A DNA stretch of 64,000 nt, from assembly GCA_036172245.1 (NCBI GenBank), contig JAYWIR010000010.1:2356001-2420000 (forward strand), in the 5' to 3' direction. The translations under genes and the position numbers were made by a program. Of this stretch, positions 52,450-62,690 are shown one piece after another. Within the stretch, counting starts at the first letter, position 1. Each line of letters begins with the position of its first letter. The notes under the pieces were generated by a model. It made no database searches. It saw nothing but the letters and a program-made list of their open reading frames with translations, and was not told the DNA's origin. The DNA comes from Raillietiella orientalis. Taxonomy: Eukaryota.

Positions 52450-53450
52450 TTCTGGCATTTGTTTCATCTTCACAATGGTAATCAAAACTGTGTGGCTTTC
52501 TTGCTTATAAAAGGTACTGGTGTGGCGCCAGAAAATCTAAAGAAATAAATCTATTGTAAGTATTCGGTTGTGTATGGTGCGACTTCCACAATGATCAGTA
52601 TTTCCAAAATTTCCAAAATGTAAATCTTATCACATTTTTACTGAATGTAAGACGGTGCATCCATCGAAATTTTCTCGAAACTCTTCTAATTACTTGTTCA
52701 CAGGGATGCCAGTTACAGTGACTGTTTGATAAACAGTGATAGAAATTGTTTATTGATCCGCATTATACTTATTCACCAGAATTGGTGTCATTTTTCCAAA
52801 CATCCTGAGAATGCAGTCAGTGTGTTCGGCTGAAATGATCGGAACAACGATTCAAGCCCTATATGAAAAAGAGTTCAAACTTACCTCCATATCTTTAATA
52901 CAATGAAACAATTGCTCGTGTTAATATTGGAAAGTAAGTTGCCGATTCGCAATATAAAATTAAAGTGCATTGCTAGAATTTAGGATACACCATTTTGCAG
53001 ATGCAACACTGGGGAGGTTAGGTTACAACCAGATTATAAAATTTAGTACTGCTCTGATCACTTTCTGTGAAACTGCCTCCAACACAGCGAGTGGCAAGGA
53101 TTCGAGTGGATTCGTTGCATGATTTGTCAGTTGTGATTAGGTGGTCCATGACCATCTGTTCACAATCTTCTTCGCAACATGATCACATTCAAGAGAGGAG
53201 CCCGTAGAAATTACTGCGACTACATTCCATCGAGATCGGTGGTCCCCTGATCAAGTGCAGAAGATACCAGTGTGGCAGTTTCCTTTGCAGGTCGACAGCA
53301 CTTCTTAACACAGCATCGTAACATTTGTGAGAATATGAAATTTACTAATAGTAGTGATCGATTTCACCGATTTGCGTAATAGTTCGCTGGCTTCGATGAG
53401 GAAATGTGGAGACAAATCAAAACAGACTACGCCATTATAGAAACGCAAAT
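52450..53450 (+). pseudogene. Possible decayed class III (gB-like, chu/nyami-type) viral glycoprotein fragment
   Basis: Across frameshifts ETIARVNIGK..KCIARI*DTPFCRCNTGEVRL..YCSDHF..DSLHDLSVVIRWSMTICS resembles the gB-type A..G..AR..GD...C..V..CY..P..GxL....C pattern. Confidence 0.3.
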
Positions 53451-53499
53451 CAGAGTCGAAAAAATTAAAAATTAAAATCAAAAATCAGGAACACGTACA

Positions 53500-54626
53500 G
53501 TATGGCTTCGTGGAAACTACATAAAAATGGTGCACTCTGTACCGATGTACCAAGAATTCATCAGAATCTACGACGTACAACACGTAGTTTGCTTTGCCAA
53601 CGGATCCCCAAAACTACGATGAACTCCGCAGCTACCGTTGGGACATTATCCACCTAACACCCAGCAAAAGCAAGTCCTTTCCTAATGTTAGAAGACGGCT
53701 CGCTATCGTTGACATGCCAATTTCATGTGGTTCACCGAAGCACGAGTTCATCTTCTCTCTGCCTGCCATACGGCAGGCAGAGAGAAGATGATGAGCGGCT
53801 GGACCATGGGAGAGCTGACAGATGCTACGACCCCTAGTCTCCAGCCGCGCGGATTAAGAAGAAGGGCGAGCTGCTCGGCATTCGATTGGATGACCTGAAG
53901 TGGCCCCCGGTTCTACTTGGATCCAGGATTCTTCCCCTGAAGTGGCAGGAATCGGCGCTTCTGTGGCTGCATTGGGGTCTACCCTGCAACGCGCGCCACT
54001 TCCACTGGACGCGGGGAAGAGTAAATCCTGCGTGTGCAAGGTGTGGGGAGCGGGAGTCGCTCCCCCACCTCCTAGTTGACTGCCGTGCCGTCCGGATTCT
54101 TTGGGATCGTCTTGAAACGGCAACTCGGTATACCGGAAGGTGGCAACCCCAGGAATGTTTACAGTCTTCTCTTCGTGCGGGACGCCCTCAGTCCAGCCGC
54201 AGCCCTCGCAGCACTTTGCTGCATCCGTGGTATCGTGGCGGCCTGGAATAATGCCGAAGATGAAGATTCCACCGTAATGGACGTCATTCCATATGCTGTT
54301 CGCTTCCTGCGGACAGCTATTGGATGGCCCCAGCTGGGAAGATTGAAGAAGGACCTCGAGGGTATCCTATTAAGGATGGACCCTCCTCCCAGTGGACTGT
54401 GATCCCTTCCCTTCCCTCCAAAAACTGTTTTCTTTTTTTTTTGCTGATTTATTTTTCTTTTTGTTTTTCCCCCCATCCCATTCCACTGCCGAGGAGAGTC
54501 ACACCGGGCTGCATCCCGGTGTCCCGGCAGTTCCGGCATTCAGTGGCCGTTAGTGGGGTCTTGTACCACGTACTGTAATGACGAATGAAACGTTTTTTTA
54601 ATAAATGTCCCGGAGTACCCTGGTGG
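53500..54626 (+). mobile_element. 5'-truncated LINE family A copy (thumb, zf-RVT, structured 3' UTR)
   Basis: LKWQESALLWLHWGLPCNARHFHW..CARCGERESLPHLLVDC..LWD; ends AATAAA 54600-54605 plus hairpin motif. Confidence 0.85.
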
Positions 54627-54649
54627 CATCACCGAAGCACGACTATTGC

Positions 54650-55437
54650 GAGTTGAAAACTTTACCCAACACCCCGCCTCCCGAGCGGTTTAATGAGATG
54701 GGGCGAGCTGCTTGGCATCCCGGCGGATGACCTAGAGTGGCCCTTGTTATTTAGAGACGCATTTACCCTCCCCCTCAAGTGGCAGGAAACGGCGCTGTTT
54801 TTGTTGCACTGGGGTCTTCCCTGCAACGCGCGCCGTCACCACTGAACGTTGGGGAACGTGGGACAGAACTGTGCAGTGTGCGAGGAGAAGGAACCCCTCC
54901 CCCATCTGTTAGTGGACTGCGCTGCCCTCCGGCCCTTGTGGGAACGTTATGCTACGACCCTCCCTATGCCGGTCGGCAGTACCCCCAGAGACGTCTGAGA
55001 CTCCTCTTCGTGCGAGACGCCCTGCCACCAGCCTCAACCCTGTCAGCGCTCTACTGCCTCCGAGGGACTGTGGCCTCCTGGAGCGCAGCCAACAGAGGAA
55101 GCAGCGACAGGGACCCCATCGTACACGCGGGTCGCTACCTGCGAATCGCGATCGGTTGGTCCCATCTGGGAATTATGACGAGGGACCTCGAGGGCATCCT
55201 GGAAAGGATGGTCTCTTCCTCTAGCGGGTTGTGATCCCTTCCCGGCCCCCCAAATCGTTTCTTTTTGTTATTTCATTTATTTTTCTTTTTGTTCTCCCCC
55301 CCTCGCTGCCGAGGAGAGTCAAGCCGGTCTATGAACCGGCTTCCTGGCAGGTCCCAGGAACTATTGGCCGTAGCGGGGCCTAGTACCGCAGATGTACTGT
55401 GTTTTTTAATAAACGCCCCGGCGTGACCGGGTGAAAG
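54650..55437 (+). mobile_element. 5'-truncated LINE family A copy, head-to-tail with the previous one
   Basis: Colinear with 53830-54626 (CAVCEEKEPLPHLLVDC); ends AATAAA cgccccggcgtgaccgggtg aaa. Confidence 0.85.
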
Positions 55438-55559
55438 CATCCAAAGACATCAAAACATCATAAACAACATGGCAATAGCTGAGGGGAGAAAACGTATGAT
55501 CATTGCCCAAACCTTGTTTAAAACGCACAGTTACGTTACGCACACTGACACAACAGTTC

Positions 55560-55894
55560 TGCACTTTGCACGAAGTACAATGAAAAGGGTACATTGTACA
55601 TACGTTTAACCCATTGATAATAACAGACATAGTACCGCTTGACCTCTTGCTCTGCGAAGTGGCCCCCAGCGTGTTGGGACAGTGGCACCCTCCCTATGAA
55701 GTGGCAGGAGGTGGCGTTGCTAGTGTTGCATTGAGGAATCCCATGCAAAGCACGCCTCCATCATTGGGCACGGATCAGTATCGATGCCAATTACGAAATT
55801 TACGAGAACCAAATGTTCTACCACGAATGTGTCATATAGATGACTTTTATTATAATTTTTTTATAATAAATGCCCGGAAAATCCGGGTGAAAAA
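55560..55894 (+). mobile_element. Internally deleted LINE family A remnant
   Basis: atgaagtggcaggaggtggcgttgctagtgttgcattg matches the KWQExALLxLHW block; ends AATAAA tgcccggaaaatccgggtg aaaaa. Confidence 0.7.
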
Positions 55895-56035
55895 CCTCAC
55901 GATCTATCGGGAAAAAATTAATAATGAGCACATCAAGACGATCATGCCATTCATTGGAGGATTCGTTACGTACACAGACAGCCCCGAGGTTATCGACACA
56001 CATTGAAAACGGACTGCTTCTGAACGGTATAATCC

Positions 56036-56952
56036 TTCTTTCCCCAGTCCGACTCGCGATGGGGTAAATTTATTCATTACCCATTCATACCTATATCAAT
56101 CACACCACAAAGCACACAATTACTGGTGCGGCCACACTGTACCGTCATGGCCGCACAGTTCACGATCCGGCGGCAATGCAGGAAGGTCCAGGATCGGACT
56201 CTGACTGCACGCCCGGATGTCCATTTCCTTTTTCAGAAGTTCACGTAGAACTTCCAGGGCACTGCACACTTGACCACTTGAAAGTTTCGACCTTCTGATG
56301 AGGATACTCCTCATGAAGAAGGCCACGATCACTAGCACGATGGTTGTAGTGGGGACGCCGTTTTCGCCTTCGAAGAGTCCTCGTAGGATCTCCAGCGTCG
56401 ACGCATCCTCCATCTGCACCGCTCGCTTTACTACTCTCCAGTTCCGGACGAGAGTGCGACAGGTGTAGGTGTGCAGGTCGTCTTCGATGGTCCCGTGCCC
56501 TGGTCACTGGTCGTCGTCGGGGTTCCCGGTCCAGTGGTGGAACCTTACGCCACACAGGATGCCTCCGTGGTAAAACATCAGGAGGCAGTCCCCAACGTCC
56601 GGCGGCAACGAGGATTTCCATATGACCGCCCCAATTGCCTATGAGTCGACGTCAGGATTGCCTAACCTCGACTTCATTTTTCGCATTGCCTCCGATGGTG
56701 GTGTTTCCTTGGAATTGAAAGGGTTGTTGTTCAGGAGTTTCACCCTGGACCACTGGGTGCCTTGATTCTGCCAAAGCTCCAGGGTCCTGTAGGTTATCCT
56801 CTCCTCTAGTTGTTTTTTATTTGCGAGGACTCGTCGTGCGCGGATAACCACGCTGTTCGACAGTCGCTCACGTGTCTCCATGGTCATTTTCCGGGTGTTG
56901 CTGATCCATTGTCCCGTTTTCCAAGGAAAATGGGATAATCCTTCACATGTTA
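56036..56952 (-). mobile_element. LINE family B 3' portion (zf-RVT), interrupted at 56952 by the U6/LINE insertion and continuing at ~58167-58230
   Basis: IWKSSLPP..LLMFYHGGILCGVRFHHW...EDDLHTYTC; ends AATAAA ttt-acccca..tgggg-aaag; homologous to 57100-58050. Confidence 0.75.
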
Positions 56953-58059
56953 GATTGTCCCCAGGTCCAACAAGAGCTGGGGTGAATTCATTTTATAAAC
57001 AATTTTGAACAAACTTTTAAAACAATCTGCATGCACTCAGTGAGTCTTTTAGCAGTTCACTGTCCGCTTCTGCACAGACTTACACTTCTTTCACATAGCG
57101 ATTACTTCATTTCTGTCTTTCAAGTTTCAGGGTGGGGAAGGAGGCGGGAGGATTGTTCCTCACTCCCGGACGTATTCGTCCATCTGGAGAAGGATGTACC
57201 GGTACGTCCAGGCTGGAATCCTGCCGCGGCTCCTGATCCCTATTTCCTTTTTCACAAGGCCGCTGAGAATCTCCCAAGCCGGTACTTGTCGTCGAAGGGT
57301 GTACATCTTTGCCCTCCTTATCACAATGGCAGTGATAAAGAAGGCTAACGTTGTCAGCACCATCGGGTTGTAGAGGGAAACAATTCCTGTTTCCAGGAAC
57401 AAGTCCGATAGGATTTGCTCGTTTGTCTTACTCTGAAGGCAGGTCACTGCCTTCACCGCGTGCCAGTCTGGACTCAGTGTGGGGCAGGTGAACACGTGAA
57501 GTTCTTCTCCACATACCTTTCAGAGTCCATCTTGATGGTTCCTGGTCCAGTGCCGCAGTCTGGAACCACTCAGTATGCCTCCGTTGTAGAACAGGAGGTC
57601 GTCCTGAGTATCCGGGAAAGTCACTCCTCATGAGGGCAGCCCCTACAGTCAGCACATTGGCATGCGCAGGACCGTGGCTGCTCGAGGCTGCGTTGAGGGC
57701 ATCGTTGTCTTTTTGTTTTCTTGCAGTTTCCACCTTGATATTTGCTTTGTTCATCAGCAGCCACGCTTGATGTGGCTGCTGTTTCCAAAGCTCCCGGGTT
57801 CGATGGTTGAAGGAACCTCGTAAGGACATGGTCAGGCGATGCAGTCGCAGTTGGTGCCGGTTGCCACCGGTAGCGAACTGCTCGCAACGTCGAATGTTCA
57901 GTCGTGGCCTTTGGTGTAACCAGCTCACTGTCTCCCTTGAGATCGGGATAAAGTGGGGTATCACCATAGCCAGCTCCTCATCCCAGATTTCGCTACTTCC
58001 AGGCACTATTTTGAATTGGTGATTTCTCACCAGTGCCTGTTTGCGTCTCCAAGTGGGGT
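56953..58059 (-). mobile_element. 5'-truncated LINE family B copy, the 3' moiety of a U6/LINE chimera
   Basis: zf-RVT remnant (VCGEELHVFTCP); C-terminus similar to ORF 56120-56419; terminal ccccag..ctgggg hairpin after an ATAAAA. Confidence 0.8.
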
Positions 58060-58166
58060 AAAAATGTGGAACGCTTCACGATTTTGCGTATCATCCTTGA
58101 GCAGGGGCCATGCTAACCTTCTCTGTATCGTTCCAATTTCAGTATAAGGACAGCCGAAGCGTGTAC
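58060..58166 (-). ncRNA. U6: Full-length U6 snRNA copy, probably a retropseudogene
   Basis: Minus strand GTACACGCTTCGGCTGTCCTTATACTGAAATTGGAACGATACAGAGAAGGTTAGCATGGCCCCTGCTCAAGGATGATACGCAAAATCGTGAAGCGTTCCACATTTTT. ACAGAGA box and AGC intact, insect-type 3' end, several substitutions, no TATA at -30. Confidence 0.95.
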
Positions 58167-58239
58167 ATGTTAAAACACTCTGCAACCACCGTACAACTGT
58201 CGCGTCTTGAAGCTAAACAGAGTAAACGCATACTATCAG

Positions 58240-58560
58240 GAGGCACTTCGAGCAGTAGGAAGAAGTCATCCTCCTGCACTCGTGAACAAGTATATTGCGG
58301 CTGCTGCTTCTGATGTCAAGCCCTGGTGCAGATCCAGATGCATTTCTGCATCTGGATCTGCACCAGGACCCAGTCAATCCAATTGGATGAGCACTCGCGG
58401 AAAGTCACCATGAGCGGCCGTGTTTTTGCTGCGCACAGCATTGGCAGAGCTCCCCAATGGCAAATGTAAGAATTATGGCAGTCCTGGTCACGTGGCGGAT
58501 GACTGTCGAGCTCTGCGGTTTCCGAAAGGTGGGACAAGAACAGCGCGATTGCAATAAATA
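58240..58560 (+). mobile_element. Gag/ORF1 remnant with degenerate CCHC zinc knuckles
   Basis: CKNYGSPGHVADDC (Cx2Cx4Hx4C with the second C mutated) at ~58465-58506, followed by a second degenerate knuckle KVGQEQRDC. Confidence 0.5.
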
Positions 58561-58754
58561 CCGCGAGTAAATGGAATTCCAGGGACGCCCGTTCCCTGAA
58601 TCCATCCTGACATCAATCTTTTGGGAATTGGGGAAAGTCCTGACATCAAGTTCCCGTTTTTTTTTTTTTTTATTAGGCTGGGAGACTGCGTTCTCGCGGA
58701 CTCCTGCAACAAGTGTCAAGAGCAGCGATCTTTCACGTGTTTGTGAAGTGACCA

Positions 58755-59804
58755 GTGTTCTATCGTCTCCTACCCCCCTCCCCCCGGACGACCACTGGAA
58801 CTGTGGGTGTGTCCCCGGCCACAGCCGAGTGTGTGGAGGACATTCTTCGGGTGGACTCGCCCCGCGAGGGTAAGACGCGAGCGATGGATGAAGCAGGTCC
58901 CATCGAGGAGGTAATGGCCGAAATGCCTTCCGCTGCCTACGTGGCACCGGCGCCCGTAACAACGCCTCCGACGTCCTACGCGGCCGTGGCGGAGGCGGCG
59001 ACGTCACGTGCAGCGTACGCGCCGGCGGCTACCTGGAACGGTTTTCCGGGCGTGCCCCCGTCGCGAAAACGGACCCTGGTCAAACCCGCGATATACGTTT
59101 TGGACGATGAAGACGAGCCCATCCTTACGATAGGACCGGAAGTAAAACTTGTCTTATTCAAAACGGGCCCGCTAAAAATGGCCACCGTGAAGGACATATA
59201 CATCGCCCTTCACAAGAAAAACGTCGATTTTGACGTAATCAGGGCCATCATACCTTGCGCGACCGGCTTTACGATATACACGTGGTGCGAGCCACTGATT
59301 GTAACACCGATCGAGCAGGGAATCTCGATCAGTGGTCGTCTGTTGCGAGGTATCGGTGGAATCTCAACAACAACGGTGTCCCTGAAAGGGATAGACTTCA
59401 ATACCACCAAGCAGACGATCCGCAAATCCCTATCCCAATACGGGGAGGTAACCTACCTGGAAGTCCGAAACCAGACGGGTGAGATCTCCGCGAACAGGTT
59501 TGCAAGAATGCGGCTTTTCGAGGATGCAGAAGGAACGCCAACGTTCCATCAAATCAACGGCGTACTGGAACGAATTTGGGAACAATTTTTTCCCGAGAAA
59601 TGTGATTGGTGGCCTGGAGAACGCCGTGTAGAGCACCGTCCAACCTGTGATGCTGCTAGAGAGGGACAGGAAGCAGGGAGAACTACAGTCGCTGGACTTT
59701 CCCTCCTAACACCCTTAAGACATACACTCGCCACCCCCACACGTCCCGTTGCCAGTGAAGCCACTATGGAGGAATATATCTCCACCATCCTGGCGTGTTT
59801 TTGA
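58755..59804 (+). mobile_element. L1/Tx1-type ORF1 (RRM-like), open for ~300-350 codons, ORF2 absent
   Basis: SYAAVA motif; TTVSLKGIDF..IRKSLSQYGEV...GEISANRFARMRL typical of Tx1/L1 ORF1; first ATG at ~58883. Confidence 0.7.
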
Positions 59805-62029
59805 ATGACCTTGAACCTTTAACGACGTGTTCTGAAGGAGCAAGGAGACCATCAGGATGAACTTCAAGAATACCGCAAGACTTCCACAGTGGTCCAGCGG
59901 GGAAAGAAAAAAAAGGCGTTTCCGGTTCGGCCAACCGTCTCGAGAAAGCACTAGATGTTTTAGTTCCTGTTGCCGATAGAGAACATCAGCAAGTGGACCA
60001 CCAATATATGCGGGTACTCAGCGAAGAGAAGCGGCAGAAGTGGCACCTCAAACACGAAAGCATCAGTCGCCTCAACGAAACTCACGAAGTGACTTTTAAT
60101 ATCGAACACGAACTGATGCATCATCTTCAAGCTCAGCTGCTCGTGAACTGGAGTGTGCATAATTGGAAGGGCTGTTCCAAGGATGGGGGCCTCTTCAAAA
60201 AAGAAACCGGAATCCTGGAATGTGGTAGAGTTCCAGTGTGGACTACTCACCAAGGATTTAAGGAGCAGACAGATTTTTTAGTGTGAATCAGTAAGTGACT
60301 CCTTGCTACCACCTCCAGTGAGTGTTCCTTGTGAACGTACGTATCACAGGAACAACGGTGTCCTTATCCTGTTATGCGAAAAGCAAAAGAACAAGGTTTT
60401 GTGTCGTTCGGTTGCTCTGCTTCACTTATATTCACTGTTAGAAAAGAAATTCATCTCACCGCAGTTGGATTGGGGAAAAGCAGTGCAATGTGGTGTTTCA
60501 CGTCCAAAAACTGTAACGAAGAACAACATTAAGGCGGCATCAGCTGGTGCCGAATCAATGCAAACTATGCCATTATAGGAAAGGAAACCAGAACTCTAGA
60601 AACTCTCAGCCTTCAAGGATACTTTTGAAGCAAAAATCCGAAAACACCGCTGCATCTCAAGAAAACACCGCTCCAGAAAGCCCATCTCGAAAGAGCCAAT
60701 GGAAGTACTCAACAAAACCACCAATACTGCAGCAAACAAGATCCACAACCACAGACATATTGAATTCAACACTTCAAGGCACACTACGAAGCACTAGAAG
60801 TGAAATACAGGTCTTGACCTTCCGTGCCTTTGGTGCGGGTTAGTGATCGCTTCAGATGCGGTCACAGGCCTATCACTCACTACGAATCAGATCTGAATTA
60901 CAGCCCTATAGAACAAAGTTAAAATTAAAAAGCAAATCATCAACAGTACTCCTCTATTTTCCATCTTAGATTTTGTAGAACATCAAAAACGGAAAGTCGG
61001 AAACTTGGATATCAAAAAACCGCACCAAGTTTTATGCAAAAAAAGTTTTATGCAACTTCTTTGACTAAGTTCGTCATCTAGTCATAAGGCTCACTAGAAT
61101 GAAGAACGAAAAAAATCCGTTCGCTAATCTCAGGTTGAAGTCTTCAGGCAACTCGGCTTGTTTAAACAACCAGAACAGCCTCTTCATCCAACAAATATAA
61201 CACGAATGTGACGAAGCAGAAAGCAGTGAGAAGACAGCAAACCCAAAACACTTGGCATCCCCCAAAGGAGCAGTATACATGCAGAGCTGCAAAATAAGCT
61301 CATGCAACGCATGTATACAACGAAGAATGCATCGTGGTCACCAAAGACAATGAGGAAAAGGTGCAACGTGGCTGCAAATTTTTGGAGCAAAAACTGACAT
61401 TGCTGCCCTGCGAAAATTTATTAGGGCACGGCTACAGCTCAGCATGAGCGAAATGAGTCCACATAATTTCATTTTTTAAAAATATTCGGATTTCATGACA
61501 GCGTGATATTTCATTCTTCTCATGAAAACTGTGGTTATCGATAATTATTTAGAGTCACTGCCGACAGCAAAATTCAAAAGAAAACAGGAGAATATGAGAA
61601 TGGAGTGTAGAATTCAGGATTCAAGCCATTCAATCAAACAAACGAAAGCGATGATAGATAGTATACACAACAAAAATATTCTTTTTTAAGTCGAGATGAT
61701 AACTTTGTTTGTTTACACGTGGAAAGTTCCTTCTTTCGGTACTTCTTGCATTTTTCCAAATCTCCTTGTAATTTTTTGTCCTACCGTATAGCAATCGTGA
61801 TCTACATCCAAAATTTCAATGTATCTATTTTTTTTCCTTTGCATTCAGCTTTATAAATGTGTATTATCTTGGTTTTATTTACACGTTGAAAATCTTAGTG
61901 CTTTCCAGTCAGTGTGTTTCATCATTGGATGATAAAACACACTGATTGAAAGTTGCTTCTTGCTTTATATGCGCTTTTTCGAGGTAGGTTTTATAAATGT
62001 AATATAACTAGTTTGGAGTTCCTGGTTAT

Positions 62030-62690
62030 TTGTTCGAACGAAGTGTCTCTGCACATCATTTGCTAATTTACTGTTTATCGAAAACCATGCACGCAACTGT
62101 ATGCATCAAAACATCTACACGAGTTTCTGGCATGTATGAGGATATCAGTGTAGAGCTTGCCATCAGAAATTTATTCCATTTGACAAACAACGTTTCCAGA
62201 CGACCAAAGGAACTAGAATGGGGGTGAAAAGGGACCAAGGGGCATTGCAAATTGCAAACATCTTGGAGTGATTAGGTTTCCGATAAAGATATGGACGCAG
62301 TTCCACGCCACTCCATGGGCAGTCGATTCCTAATCAAGTCAGCTCTTTCACACTGTGTTTGCTCGAGGTCGGGAATCCTTTGTTCACATGCTAAGTTGGC
62401 GAAGCAAATTGAAAGGCCTTTCTGAGACACGACACTTTAGCAGACAAATAACAAGGTGATCGGCGTTAGGGAGAACGTCAATAAGTTATTGAGTGGTCAA
62501 AGATGATATTCGCCAAGTTTTGCATGTTTAGCTTGGGGTGATAATCGGTTTTCATCTGCTGTCAGTTCAACGAAATCTATCGAATCTTGGTGACCGTCAT
62601 CAGTGGAGTAATCGTAAATTCTCGCAATGATGCTGGGTCACCAGAGAACTCATCATCATCGTCCATTTCAGGCTGTAAGCGTGATTTGCA
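62030..62690 (-). pseudogene. Possible endogenous viral L N-terminus
   Basis: Acidic start MDDDDEFSGD followed in a shifted frame by LGEYHL*PL (cf. rhabdoviral DYxLxSPL). Confidence 0.3.

Noticed and set aside
15696..55894. Recurring CCCGG..CCGGGTGAAA motif as CRISPR repeats or integron attC-like sites
   Set aside because: It always follows the AATAAA of the same LINE family, spacing is irregular, no cas or integrase gene is seen, and it does not separate the viral fragments.
58060..58166. U6 as a functional Pol III gene
   Set aside because: No TATA at -30, substitutions at conserved positions (AAGGTTAGC, GCTCAAGG, disrupted 5' stem), and direct fusion to a LINE.
8519..61433. Shared 13-mer tagggcacggcta at ~8519 and ~61421
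   Set aside because: Single 13-mer matches are expected by chance in 64 kb, and the flanks are unrelated.
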